The notes beneath the pieces are model-generated. The model made no database searches, was not told where the DNA came from, and saw nothing but the letters and a program-made list of their open reading frames with translations. This document shows, piece after piece, positions 43,708 through 53,530 of a stretch of 64,000 nt of DNA. The stretch is from NCBI RefSeq assembly GCF_001677475.2, contig NZ_CP015229.1. One strand, given 5' to 3'. Source of the stretch: Escherichia coli. GTDB taxonomy: Bacteria; Pseudomonadota; Gammaproteobacteria; Enterobacterales; Enterobacteriaceae. Position 1 is the stretch's first letter; the number at the start of each line of letters is the position of its first letter. The translations under genes were made by a program, and so were the position numbers.

Positions 43708-44204
43708 TGCCTCCATCATTACGAAAAGCCGTTGCTGCTGCTATTGGTGGCGGGGCTATTGCTATAGCATCTGTGTTAATCACTGGCCCAGGTGGTAACG
43801 ATGGTCTGGAAGGTGTCAGTTACATACCATACAAAGATATTGTTGGTGTATGGACTGTATGCCACGGACACACCGGAAAAGACATCATGCTCGGTAAAAC
43901 GTATACCGAAGCAGAATGCAAAGCCCTCCTGAATAAAGACCTTTCCACGGTCGCCAGACAAATTAACCCGTACATCAAAGTCGATATACCGGAAACAATG
44001 CGCGGCGCTCTTTACTCGTTCGTTTACAACGTGGGTGCTGGCAATTTCAGAACATCGACTCTTCTTCGCAAAATAAACCAGGGTGATATCAAAGGCGCAT
44101 GTGATCAGCTACGGCGCTGGACATACGCTGGCGGTAAGCAATGGAAAGGGCTGATGACCCGTCGTGATATTGAGCGTGAAGTCTGTTTGTGGGGGCAGCA
44201 ATGA
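43707..44204 (+). CDS. SAR endolysin (T4-lysozyme fold)
   Basis: 165 aa; N-terminal Gly/Ala-rich SAR segment [18 protein letters not shown]. Confidence 0.8.
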   Translation: MPPSLRKAVAAAIGGGAIAIASVLITGPGGNDGLEGVSYIPYKDIVGVWTVCHGHTGKDIMLGKTYTEAECKALLNKDLSTVARQINPYIKVDIPETMRGALYSFVYNVGAGNFRTSTLLRKINQGDIKGACDQLRRWTYAGGKQWKGLMTRRDIEREVCLWGQQ

Positions 44205-44665
44205 GCAGGGTAACCGCGATTATCTCCGCTCTGGTTATCTGCATCATTGTCTGCCTGTCGTGGGCGGTCAATCATTACCGTGATAACGCCATCGCCTACA
44301 AAGAACAGCGTGATAAAAAAGTCAGTGAGCTGAAGCAGGCAATCGCCACCATCGCTGACATGCAGCAGCGTCAGCGTGATGTTGCTGCGCTCGATGCAAA
44401 GTACTCGAGAGAATTAGCCAATGCGAAAGCTGAAAATGAAACTCTGCGCGCTGATGTTGCCGCTGGTCGTCGTCGGTTGCACATCAAAGCAGTCTGTCAG
44501 TCAGTGCGTGAAGCCACCACCGCCTCCGGCGTGGATAATGCAACCAGCCCCCGACTGGCAGACACCGCTGAACGGGATTATTTCACCCTCAGAGAGCGGC
44601 TGATGACGATGCAGATGCAACTGGAAGGGGCACAGGAGTATATCCGCACTCAGTGCATTAAGTAG
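44201..44665 (+). CDS. Spanin inner-membrane subunit Rz
   Basis: N-terminal TM, coiled coil, overlaps endolysin stop. Confidence 0.75.
   Translation: MSRVTAIISALVICIIVCLSWAVNHYRDNAIAYKEQRDKKVSELKQAIATIADMQQRQRDVAALDAKYSRELANAKAENETLRADVAAGRRRLHIKAVCQSVREATTASGVDNATSPRLADTAERDYFTLRERLMTMQMQLEGAQEYIRTQCIK
44421..44603 (+). CDS. Spanin outer-membrane lipoprotein Rz1, embedded in Rz
   Basis: 60 aa in +1 frame inside Rz; lipobox VVGC; PPPPP tract. Confidence 0.75.
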   Translation: MRKLKMKLCALMLPLVVVGCTSKQSVSQCVKPPPPPAWIMQPAPDWQTPLNGIISPSESG

Positions 44666-44707
44666 CCTTTTTATCGTGGTAAACATTTCGCAGGGTATGA
44701 GGTATTT

Positions 44708-45058
44708 ATGCCATCACGAATCCCACGCGCCTGCCGTAAGCGTGGATGTGCAGGTACAACCACAGACAGTTCTGGTTACTGCGATAAACATCGTGGCGAA
44801 GGATGGGTACAGCATCAACGCGGACTGAGCCGCCACCAGCGTGGCTATGGCTCGAAATGGGATGCCATACGTGCGCGCATACTGAAGCGTGATAATCATC
44901 TGTGTCAGAACTGCCTGCGCAATGGGAGAGCCGTTGAAGCCAGAACTGTGGACCACATCATTCCGAAAGCTCATGGTGGCACGGATGCAGACAGTAACCT
45001 GCAGAGTCTGTGCTGGCCCTGTCATAAAGCAAAAACAGCGCGCGAACGCATCAATTGA
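44708..45058 (+). CDS. HNH endonuclease (terminase-associated)
   Basis: 116 aa; HIIPKAHGG...CWPCH motif; directly upstream of terS. Confidence 0.75.
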   Translation: MPSRIPRACRKRGCAGTTTDSSGYCDKHRGEGWVQHQRGLSRHQRGYGSKWDAIRARILKRDNHLCQNCLRNGRAVEARTVDHIIPKAHGGTDADSNLQSLCWPCHKAKTARERIN

Positions 45059-45206
45059 TAACAGTTCCCATCTGTAGGGGAGGGGCGGGTCAAATCTCTG
45101 CAACCCTGGCTGCTCAGTACCGCCGCCTGACCCTTCTTCACATCGCCGCAGGTTCGAAAACTTTTTTTTGGAAATGTGAACAAACGATTGATAGGTAAGG
45201 CCGATT

Positions 45207-45689
45207 ATGTCAGGACCTCCGAAAACCCCGCCACGCCTGCATTTGATACGAGGCAACCCCTCAAAGCGCCCCGTTAAAGACCACAAAAAAACCGCTAAAA
45301 AGGATGAAAAAGGTCTTCCTAAAATTCCGCAGCATTTAGGGGCTCAGGGGAAGTACTGGTTCAGGCGAATGGCGGAAGAGCTGAATGCGGAAGGGATCAT
45401 TTCTCAGCTTGATGCGCGTGCACTCGAGTTGCTGGTGGAAGCCTACACCGAATATCGGCATCACTGCGAAACACTCGATGTTGAGGGGTATACCTACCGC
45501 ACGGAAACGCAGAGCGGTGATGTACTGATTAAGGCGCACCCCGCGGCGGCAATGAAAGCGGATGCCTGGAAGCGGATCCGGGCAATGCTTGCAGAGTTTG
45601 GTATGTCACCGGCAAGCCGGGCTAAAGTAAATATCGCCGGACCGGATGATGTTGATCCGCTGGCGGAGCTTTTAAAAGCGAGAGACTGA
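45207..45689 (+). CDS. Terminase small subunit (P27-family-like)
   Basis: 160 aa; homologous to the satellite TerS at 59601. Confidence 0.7.
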   Translation: MSGPPKTPPRLHLIRGNPSKRPVKDHKKTAKKDEKGLPKIPQHLGAQGKYWFRRMAEELNAEGIISQLDARALELLVEAYTEYRHHCETLDVEGYTYRTETQSGDVLIKAHPAAAMKADAWKRIRAMLAEFGMSPASRAKVNIAGPDDVDPLAELLKARD

Positions 45690-46716
45690 TGGCAAAAGTG
45701 GCTGACGGGATCCGCTACGCCGAACGTGTTGTTGCAGGAGAAATTGTTGCTGGCGAATTTGTCCGCCTGGCCTGCCAGCGTTTTCTTGATGATCTGAAGT
45801 ACGGCGAAGAGCGGGGGATTTATTTCAGTGAACCCCGTGCGCAGCACATCCTGAATTTCTACAAATTTGTGCCTCATGTAAAAGGGGCGCTGGCAGGCCA
45901 GCCCATTGAGTTGATGGACTGGCATGTATTTATTCTCATTAATATTTTTGGTTTTGTCATTCCGCTGGTCAATGAAGAGACCGGGGAAGTTGTCATGCGC
46001 AGCGATGGCAGTGGACGTCCGGTGATGGTGCGCCGGTTCCGGACGGCGTACAACGAAGTCGCTCGTAAAAACGCAAAATCAACTCTGTCATCGGGTATCG
46101 GCCTGTATATGACGGGGGCAGATGGTGAAGGCGGAGCTGAGGTGTATTCAGCCGCAACCACGCGTGACCAGGCCAGAATCGTGTTTGAAGACGCCAAAAA
46201 TATGGTCAGAAAAGCCCGGTCGACACTCGGGCGGTTGTTTGATTTCAACAAGCTGGCGATTTACCAGGAGCAGAGCGCATCAAAATTTGAACCGCTTTCT
46301 TCGGATGCAAACAACCTAGACGGTCTGAACATCCACTGCGCCATTATTGATGAGCTGCATGCACATAAAACCCGCGACGTGTGGGACGTTCTGGAAACGG
46401 CAACCGGTGCCCGTCTGCAGTCCCTGTTATTTGGTATCACCACGGCGGGCTTTAACAAGGAAGGGATTTGTTACGAGCAACGCGATTACGCCATCAAGGT
46501 ATTGCGAGGCTATAACAGCGACGTGGAGGGCGCGGTAAAAGACGACTCCTACTTTGCGATTATTTACACGCTCGATGAGGGAGATGATCCGTTTGATGAA
46601 ACGGTCTGGCAGAAAGCGAATCCGGGCCTGGGCATCTGTAAACGCTGGGATGATCTGCGTCGTCTGGCGAAAAAAGCGAAGGAGCAGGTCTCGGCGCGGG
46701 TGAATTTTTTCACGAA
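45689..46716 (+). pseudogene. Prophage terminase large subunit, N-terminal ~343 codons, interrupted by satellite insertion
   Basis: Aligns with satellite TerL N-terminus (PHVKGA..G.PIEL..W); frame runs into unrelated satellite DNA and stops at 46882. Confidence 0.8.
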
Positions 46717-46845
46717 GAAAGTAACATCACGCCGTAACAACAGTGCAGTCTGTCCTGATTTTTTTAGTAACCAAATGAAAGAAAAAGATTTTTTCTTGTT
46801 CGTCGTTTTTGTTTTTTCTGGATGGTTCTGGCTGTTTTCATCATT

Positions 46846-46867
46846 TGTGTATTGCACTGTGTATTGC
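46846..46867. repeat. Tandem GTGTATTGC repeats near satellite left end
   Basis: tgtgtattgcactgtgtattgc; near-identical copy at 62023-62043. Confidence 0.6.
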
Positions 46868-46887
46868 AAAAACGGGTTATAAATCAC

Positions 46888-48111
46888 ATGGCGCTAAACA
46901 AACTGAGCGATAAAAAACTTCGTTCCCTGCTTGGACGCAGGAGTGAGAGACAGGAAACCATCGCTGATGGTAACGGGCTTTCGGTACGGGTCAGTAAATA
47001 CGGATGTGTTAGTTTTGTTTTCTTTTACAGACTGGCGGGAAGGGGAACCGCGCCCATCTGGCTGACACTTGGAAAATATCCTGATCTGAGTCTCAAATCA
47101 GCGAGAGAGATGCGCGATCAGTGTCGAACCTGGCTTGCGGAGGGCAGAGATCCACGGATTCAGATAAAAATTGAACGGGAAGCCACCTTGCAACCTGTTA
47201 CCGTTCGTGAGGCACTTGAATACTGGCTTGATAATTATGCAATGGATAAGCGTAGGGGAGCAGAACATATCAGGCAGTGCTTTGGTAAACATATTTATCC
47301 GGTGATTGGTCATGTACCACTTAGTGATTGCTCTATATCTATGTGGATTAAGTGTTTTGACAAAATAAAAAAAGTAGCACCTGTACAGGCCGGAGCTTTG
47401 TTGCGTATATCAAAACAGGCGCTTAAATTTTGTAGGGTAAGAAAATACGCGATTAGTCATGAAATTGATGATCTTGAGGTCTGTGATGTGGGAAAAAAGT
47501 CTGCGCGAAGAAGCAGGGTTTTAACAGATGATGAAATCAGAGATTTATGGCGAAGTATTAATACTGATTATGACAATCACGAATTATCATATGAAAACCG
47601 AATTATTTTACGTTTCCTGGTAGTTTTTGGTTGCCGACTGTCAGAAGTATTACTGTCGTCCTGGGGAGAGTGGGATTTTGATAAGAAATTATGGCGCGTT
47701 CCCGCTGAACATAGCAAAAATGGCAGGGAAATAATCAGACCGATTCCTGATGGCATGTTTAACTGGTTAGTTACGTTAAAAAAAATAACAGGTAACAAAG
47801 AAAATGTGATTGGGTTTGATATGCGTCAGTGTACGGCAAGCGTAACTATCGGTAAGACATGGAAAAGGATGAAACACTCGGAGAAATGGACGGCGCATGA
47901 TATGCGAAGAGTGTTTGCCACAAAACTAAGTGATCATGGTTTTGAACATAATGTGGTTGAACAGTTGCTTGGGCACACATTAGGCGGTGTTGCCGGGGTT
48001 TATAACAGAAGCCAGTATATGGACAGAAAAAAAGAAGCTATGAACTGGTGGTACGACTATCTGAATAAGCAAATTAGTGGTGACGGTAATGATTCAAATA
48101 GTTACGCGTGA
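46888..48111 (+). CDS. int: P4-type tyrosine integrase
   Basis: 407 aa from MALNKLSDKKLRSLLGRR..GLSVRVSKYG (typical P4-family N-terminus); HDMRRVFAT...LGH...Y. Confidence 0.85.
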   Translation: MALNKLSDKKLRSLLGRRSERQETIADGNGLSVRVSKYGCVSFVFFYRLAGRGTAPIWLTLGKYPDLSLKSAREMRDQCRTWLAEGRDPRIQIKIEREATLQPVTVREALEYWLDNYAMDKRRGAEHIRQCFGKHIYPVIGHVPLSDCSISMWIKCFDKIKKVAPVQAGALLRISKQALKFCRVRKYAISHEIDDLEVCDVGKKSARRSRVLTDDEIRDLWRSINTDYDNHELSYENRIILRFLVVFGCRLSEVLLSSWGEWDFDKKLWRVPAEHSKNGREIIRPIPDGMFNWLVTLKKITGNKENVIGFDMRQCTASVTIGKTWKRMKHSEKWTAHDMRRVFATKLSDHGFEHNVVEQLLGHTLGGVAGVYNRSQYMDRKKEAMNWWYDYLNKQISGDGNDSNSYA

Positions 48112-48142
48112 AGAACTTGAAAATGATAAAACAATCGACAGG

Positions 48143-48310
48143 ATGATTAAGGAAGATGAATGTGCATGGTTAACCGCTCTTGGCAGGAGACACAGATCGT
48201 TACTTGAAAAGGAAGGAAAATTTCCACGAAAAATATGTATTGGTCCACAAACAAAAGTCTGGCGCTTATCTGAGGTGCTGGAATGGGTAAAAGGTGAATG
48301 GAAACCCTGA
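48143..48310 (+). CDS. AlpA-family DNA-binding protein, copy 1
   Basis: ORF 48077-48310; start at the internal Met (MIKEDECAWLTALG...); LSEVLEWV. Confidence 0.6.
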   Translation: MIKEDECAWLTALGRRHRSLLEKEGKFPRKICIGPQTKVWRLSEVLEWVKGEWKP

Positions 48311-48333
48311 GCTAAATTAAATGAGATATAATC

Positions 48334-48357
48334 AACCCGTCTTTTGGCGGGTTTTTT
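48334..48357 (+). terminator. Intrinsic terminator
   Basis: aacccgtcttttggcgggttttttt. Confidence 0.6.
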
Positions 48358-48373
48358 TATAGGTGATATTTTT

Positions 48374-48652
48374 ATGCAAAAATTTATTTATCCTACACCC
48401 GAAGAACGCATTCAGATTCTGAAAGATCATGGCGAACCGTATGATCGCCGTATACGCGAACATGAGTGTGCCAATCGTACCGGGCTTTCAAGAAGCAGAC
48501 GTTGGGTACTTGAACAGGAGGGAGCATTTCCTGCTCGTGCTCATTTAGGGAAAGTGTCTGTTTCCTGGTTGCTCTCTGATGTGCTCTGGTGGGTTATGCA
48601 TCCGCCAGGAGTAAAGGAAGTAAACAGCCCATACAAAAACGCCAATAAGTAA
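48374..48652 (+). CDS. AlpA-family DNA-binding protein, copy 2
   Basis: From MQKFIYPTPEER; ECANRTGLSRSRRWVLEQEGAFPA. Confidence 0.6.
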   Translation: MQKFIYPTPEERIQILKDHGEPYDRRIREHECANRTGLSRSRRWVLEQEGAFPARAHLGKVSVSWLLSDVLWWVMHPPGVKEVNSPYKNANK

Positions 48653-48660
48653 TTACCGAC

Positions 48661-48690
48661 AACCCCGCACCACGCAATGCGGGGTTTTTT
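48661..48690 (+). terminator. Intrinsic terminator
   Basis: aaccccgcaccacgcaatgcggggtttttt. Confidence 0.65.
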
Positions 48691-48706
48691 GTATGTGAGG
48701 TAGAAA

Positions 48707-49303
48707 GTGATGAATAAAAATATTGCCGTGACGGGCAAGGGTGACGCACGTCATGTGAAAAAATTCTGTGATATTCGTGATCTGGTCGTTCTGCGCTTTG
48801 ATAGTGTGAACGTTCGCGTGGTGTATCTGAACGGCGATCCGTGGTTTGTTGGCGCTGATGTGTGTGCGGCGCTGGAAATTAGCAACGTTACCGATGCTGT
48901 TTCAGTTCTGGATAACGATGAGGTAATGACCCTAGCTTTAACCGAGGGTCATTCAGGTAAGCGTGGTGGTGCCAGAAGTTGGAATGTTGTATCAGAATCA
49001 GGTTTTTACAAGTTGATCGCCAGAAGTCGCAAAGCTGTTAATCCTGGCACGTTCGCCCATCGTTTCAGTAATTGGGTATTCAGAAATGTGATACCGGGTA
49101 TCAGAAAAACGGGGGCTTATGGTATCCCGTGGGGCGCATTACAGGATTTTTCCCGCCGCAAAGAGCAATATCAGGTAAGTGCCAGCGAGAAGGGGAGGGA
49201 GCTACAGGCATGTAAGCGCAAAAAGCGTGAGCTAGAGGAAGAAGAAAAAAGGCTGATACGTGAATATCAGCCTGAGTTTTACTTTGGTGAGCGTATTCAG
49301 TAA
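48707..49303 (+). CDS. Bro-N domain protein (antirepressor-like)
   Basis: 198 aa; N-terminal ...VYLNGDPWFVGADVCAALEISNVTDAVSVLDNDE. Confidence 0.6.
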   Translation: MMNKNIAVTGKGDARHVKKFCDIRDLVVLRFDSVNVRVVYLNGDPWFVGADVCAALEISNVTDAVSVLDNDEVMTLALTEGHSGKRGGARSWNVVSESGFYKLIARSRKAVNPGTFAHRFSNWVFRNVIPGIRKTGAYGIPWGALQDFSRRKEQYQVSASEKGRELQACKRKKRELEEEEKRLIREYQPEFYFGERIQ

Positions 49304-49915
49304 CCACACGCGGTGCTGATTATACGGTACATCGTGTTAACCGAGAAGCTACCCACCAGCAAGGCAAAATCTTCTGCTAAAAAATGACATATGGCCAGTC
49401 GTCTGGAAAGCATGAAATTTTACAAAAATGGAAAATGAAGATTTTTATTGTGCTGGTGGGTAAAAACAAAAAGCGCCCCGTTGCCGGAGCGCCCTTGCGA
49501 ACAATTAACCTACTGCGCAAAAAAATGAATCTGTGCAGGGGGATTATATCAACCGTGTGACGAAGCGCCACAATTGCCGGATAACAGGCAAAGAAAAGGC
49601 CACCCGCTACGGTGGCCCTTCGACACAAGCTACACGTTATCCCCAACGCATGAGCGTCGCCAACAATGCCACATTTGCGGCTGGTGGGCAATGTGATCAG
49701 TGTGCTGGCTTGCTGGTGGGCTATTCCTGCTCTTTGGCCTTGCGTTGCTTTAGTGCTGCACGAGCTAATCAATCATTGTATATGAGGCGTGGAATCTTTT
49801 TTTCATCACTCCTGCATACACGCTCATTACTGACGTGTTCATTGCTGATGCAATTTCCCAGGAGGAAAGCAAATAAAAACAAAGAGCCAAGCCAGTATAG
49901 TACTTGCTGCATAAG

Positions 49916-50101
49916 TTATTCCTTATCTGATTCTTTGGTTTTTTTCCGTTGGCGGCGTTTGATCTCGCCACGCATGGCTGCGCTTATAAACTGCCCTGTA
50001 CTTTCGCCATCTTCTTTCACGTTTTCCATGCCTTCAATAATTTCATGGGCAATACGTGCAGTTACAGATTGTGATTTTGCATTCTTTGGACCTGTTGCCA
50101 T
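49916..50101 (-). CDS. Small putative ribbon-helix-helix regulator
   Basis: 61 aa from MATGPKNAKSQSVTARIAHEIIEG; GAGGGG RBS; divergent from rightward operon. Confidence 0.4.
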   Translation of the reverse strand: MATGPKNAKSQSVTARIAHEIIEGMENVKEDGESTGQFISAAMRGEIKRRQRKKTKESDKE

Positions 50102-50122
50102 GTCTAACCCCTCATGTTTTTG

Positions 50123-50204
50123 GTGTAAGACAATATACACGAAAAAAAACTATTTTAAAGGGTTGACGTGTAAGACACTGTTGTTTTATGTTGTGTCTTA
50201 CACC
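50123..50204. promoter_or_regulatory. Candidate operator array: three GTGTAAGACA(C) sites
   Basis: Sites at 50123-50132, 50168-50178 and inverted 50194-50204 (11-bp palindrome, 15-bp spacer) overlapping a TTGACG -35-like hexamer. Confidence 0.5.
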
Positions 50205-50300
50205 TTGAGTGTTCAAGGTTCAGAAACTGCGAAGCCCGTAGGTGCCGCTAACACCCACAGGCTTCTAACCACCAACGATAGTAATAGTATCGAGGCAGCT

Positions 50301-50504
50301 ATGAGAAATCATACCACACACCCGCAAGGGCGGGACTCGCACAACCTGAATAAATACATCTGGCGTTTTATCGCCCTGAGCACGGCACAACCGCGCGTAA
50401 TTCACATCGTGGCCACCAGCGAACAGGAAGCGCGTCAGCAATCTCCTGATGGCTGCGTGATGGTATTCGCCGCCCGTATTCGTCAGGGGTCACATCATGC
50501 GTAA
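50301..50504 (+). CDS. Small Icd-like/Ash-family-like protein, copy 1 (tentative)
   Basis: C-terminal WRF...ATSEQEARQQ...VFAARIRQG motif shared with the next ORF. Confidence 0.35.
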   Translation: MRNHTTHPQGRDSHNLNKYIWRFIALSTAQPRVIHIVATSEQEARQQSPDGCVMVFAARIRQGSHHA

Positions 50505-50790
50505 AAACCGCTTGCAAAAAATTATCACGGGACTGTATGCTTCCCGCGTCACCCACATGGTGACCGGGTTTGACAGCCTGAATACTACAGCGGACAGCCG
50601 CTTACATTCCGATATGCGGTTTTTTTGTGTCCGTAAACCTACCCATACCCGCATTATGGCGGGGCGTAACGGGGGAGCCTTTGCGCTCGCTGGTTCCTGT
50701 AGTGCCAGTCTGTCAACCCTGTTACGTCTCGCCACCATGTTTGACAGCGTAGTAGCGAGACTCCTTAATTTCACTACAGGAGCCTTTCAC

Positions 50791-50964
50791 ATGGCTGTAT
50801 CCACACGCCCTTATTTTGTCTGGCGCTTCATGCAGTGCCATGAAAAACAAACCTCACTCTTTACCGTCACGGCTGCCACTGAGCGCGAAGCACGCGCGCA
50901 GCTGCCGCACGCACATCTGATTTTTGTCGCCCGTATCCGTCAGGGGGTAAACCATGTTCAGTAA
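50791..50964 (+). CDS. Small Icd-like/Ash-family-like protein, copy 2 (tentative; may extend upstream to 50497)
   Basis: C-terminal VWRF...AATEREARAQ...IFVARIRQG. Confidence 0.35.
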   Translation: MAVSTRPYFVWRFMQCHEKQTSLFTVTAATEREARAQLPHAHLIFVARIRQGVNHVQ

Positions 50965-51175
50965 CAACACACCGGACGCAGCCGCAAAAGCGTTAACCAC
51001 GCTGATGCACGCGCTGATTGATATTGAATGCACGGCAGAGCTTGCGCAGAACAAAGGGAAGGAAGATTACACCGCGTTCTGCCTGGAATGTATCCGCTAT
51101 ATTTCTTCCCGCTCTCTGGATGAGGCTAAAAATATTCTTATTGCTGATTGTGAAAATGGGGGGGGTTATGCGTGA
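50954..51175 (+). CDS. Hypothetical protein
   Basis: 73-aa ORF. Confidence 0.3.
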   Translation: MFSNNTPDAAAKALTTLMHALIDIECTAELAQNKGKEDYTAFCLECIRYISSRSLDEAKNILIADCENGGGYA

Positions 51176-51391
51176 TGATCGTTTTAATTCCCTGAAACAG
51201 GAATTTTCCGGCGTGCCTGATGATGCGGCTGATGCGCTTTCGTCAATATCTGAAATAATGAGGGCGGCTTTTTTTCTTTCTTTGCACTGATGAGCACAGG
51301 GATACAGGGTTAAATATTCTTGATATCGCCGCTAACTATGCTGACTTCGTAACGGAAGCAGCGTCAAGAAAAACAACGGGTGGGGATTAAT

Positions 51392-51625
51392 ATGCGTGAT
51401 ATTTACATTGAAACAATAGACCGCGTATTTCTTGCACTTTCTCACAGTGAAAACATGCTGGAAATATTACGCATATGGCTTGAAACGCTTGGAGATAATG
51501 AACGTGATAAACAGAAATCCAGAATTGCCACGGCATTAATAACGCTTCTTGAGCCTGTAATAAATGAGTTACAGGAAATAGAGACATTACACGACAGATA
51601 TAAAGAACAGCACACCGGAGAATAA
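51392..51625 (+). CDS. Hypothetical protein
   Basis: ORF 51380-51625, start at MRDIYIETID. Confidence 0.35.
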   Translation: MRDIYIETIDRVFLALSHSENMLEILRIWLETLGDNERDKQKSRIATALITLLEPVINELQEIETLHDRYKEQHTGE

Positions 51626-51630
51626 AAATA

Positions 51631-51930
51631 ATGAAACTTAAATATTCTGGCTTAACTGCCAGCGGCCCCGCTCGGCCTGAAATCCGTAACGGCGATATTT
51701 ACCGCGACCAGTACGGTGGCACGGTAATGATTAAGGGCGTGGCGGGACGGTGCGTTACCTACCGCCGTGAAGGTTACGAATATGACTGCGTGATGCCTGT
51801 TTATCAGTTCCGGCGTGATTTTTCTCTGGTACAGGCAGCGCAACGCGGTAAGCCCACCAGCAACGCCAGGGCACGTGCAAACATCCAGAAACTGAAAACC
51901 ATGATTAACGGATTCAGGGGTAAAAAATGA
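51631..51930 (+). CDS. Hypothetical protein
   Basis: 99-aa ORF upstream of the rep gene. Confidence 0.35.
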   Translation: MKLKYSGLTASGPARPEIRNGDIYRDQYGGTVMIKGVAGRCVTYRREGYEYDCVMPVYQFRRDFSLVQAAQRGKPTSNARARANIQKLKTMINGFRGKK

Positions 51931-53336
51931 AACTGGCACCGAACGTAAAACTATTACCGAAAGATAAGCACACAGAAGCGATTATTTTCGCGGGTGTTGA
52001 TGCTCACTCATTTGCAGAGCACTACATCATTGCACAGGCCAAAAAGGCGGGAGACCCGACGCCTCCCGTTTACCTGGGCCGTTATCAGTTAAGCGAACTG
52101 GATAACTTGCAGATTGTTGATGAGGGGCGGTACAGGGCGACAGTGATACGCGCCGGAAATATTGACGAAGCGCAGCTGCTAACCATCGCGACGAAACTGG
52201 CGATCGCCGGAGTCCAGGAAGCGCGGCTGCTTTCTGAAAATTTCGAATTGCTGGAGAAATGGACCGACCAGCTACCACGGTTGCGGGAGACATGGGAGAG
52301 AGGGGAAAGCCTGGTAATGGCAAAAAACCCCCAACGAAACACCACGCTACCGATGAGCGTTGGATCTGCCGGATACGACACGCAGCTGGATTACGTGGTT
52401 AAGGGCATTATTCCGGCGTCGTCGCTGTGCAGCATATACGGGGCGAGCGGTTCCTATAAATCATTCCTTGCGGGTTCGTGGGCGTGTCACGTTTCCACGG
52501 GCCGCCAGTGGGGAGGCCGCAGGGTTGCGCATGGTGCCGTTCTCTATGTGGTTGGTGAAGGCGGTATTGGTGTACCACGTCGTGTAAAAGCCTGGGAGGT
52601 TGTGCACGATGTACAGGTGAAAAATCTGTACCTGGTAAACCGCCCCGTCTTTCCGGCGGTCCCGCTTGATGTTGATGAAATGGTTATCGCTGCCCGTCAG
52701 GTGGAGCGGGAAACGGGTAAACCTGTACGCATGATTATTCTGGATACGCTGGCGCGTTGCTTTGGCGGCAATGATGAAAATGATTCCCGTGATATGGGGG
52801 CGTTTATCCGTGGGTGTGACGAACTGAAACGACGCACAGGGGCTACGGTGCTGGTGGTTCACCATTCCGGCAAGGATGAGACGAAAGGCGCGCGAGGTTC
52901 CAGTGCATTCCGTGCGTCACTGGATGCCGAATACCGGATACGCAGAGAGGACGCAGGAAGCGAGGCGCTGGTAATCTCATGTACCAAAATGAAGGACGCG
53001 GAGGAACTTAAAGAAGCCGCCTACGATTTGCGGGTGGTGGAGCTATTTACCGACGCTGACGGCGAATTAATTACGTCGCTGGTGGTGGTGGATAAGCCGC
53101 GTCCTCCCGTTGAACTGGAGCGCATCGAGGAGGCAGGCAACAAGACGGAAAACCATACCGCGTTATGGGGGTGCATCCGGTCGCGCACACAGAACGGTGA
53201 TAAGTGCACTATTGCGCTGTTACGTGACGATATGAAAAAGCTGGGGTATGAGATGAAGCACTTCAGCCGCTGGTTACGCAAGCTGGAAAAAGACGGGGTT
53301 ATTTATATCGACGGTGATGACGTAGGCACGCTGTAA
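51927..53336 (+). CDS. Replication protein: RepA-like RecA-fold helicase/ATPase with C-terminal DNA-binding region
   Basis: 469 aa; Walker A GASGSYKS, Walker B MIILD, HHSGKDETKGARGSSA; iterons immediately downstream. Confidence 0.7.
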   Translation: MKLAPNVKLLPKDKHTEAIIFAGVDAHSFAEHYIIAQAKKAGDPTPPVYLGRYQLSELDNLQIVDEGRYRATVIRAGNIDEAQLLTIATKLAIAGVQEARLLSENFELLEKWTDQLPRLRETWERGESLVMAKNPQRNTTLPMSVGSAGYDTQLDYVVKGIIPASSLCSIYGASGSYKSFLAGSWACHVSTGRQWGGRRVAHGAVLYVVGEGGIGVPRRVKAWEVVHDVQVKNLYLVNRPVFPAVPLDVDEMVIAARQVERETGKPVRMIILDTLARCFGGNDENDSRDMGAFIRGCDELKRRTGATVLVVHHSGKDETKGARGSSAFRASLDAEYRIRREDAGSEALVISCTKMKDAEELKEAAYDLRVVELFTDADGELITSLVVVDKPRPPVELERIEEAGNKTENHTALWGCIRSRTQNGDKCTIALLRDDMKKLGYEMKHFSRWLRKLEKDGVIYIDGDDVGTL

Positions 53337-53530
53337 AAAGTGGGGTGCAAAAGTGGGGAGAGTGAGCAAAACGCCCGAAAAACGCCATTATTCCCCACTT
53401 TTCAACGTATATATACCCAAAAAAGTGGGGAGTAAAAAAATCTTTATGAAACAGCACGATAAAAATCAAAAACTCCCCACCTGTAACGAGGTGGGGAAGT
53501 GTAAAAAGTGGGGCGCAAAAGTGGGGAGTG
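53336..53530. repeat. Iteron array, candidate satellite replication origin
   Basis: Eight or more copies of AAAGTGGGG / CCCCACTTT in both orientations within ~195 bp. Confidence 0.7.

Noticed and set aside
46717-46882. Continuation of the prophage terL frame into the satellite (ORF ends 46882)
   Set aside because: Junction artefact: translation past the att site reads through non-homologous satellite DNA upstream of int
49533-50504. 323-aa plus-strand ORF spanning the satellite regulatory region
   Set aside because: Low-complexity Ser/Cys/Leu-rich translation across an intergenic region with operator repeats and an opposite-strand gene; only the C-terminal ~67 aa look like a real gene
53336-53530. 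Short repeated GTGGGG-containing units as a possible CRISPR array
   Set aside because: Units are ~9-10 bp, in both orientations, irregularly spaced with no spacer structure; position after rep fits iterons
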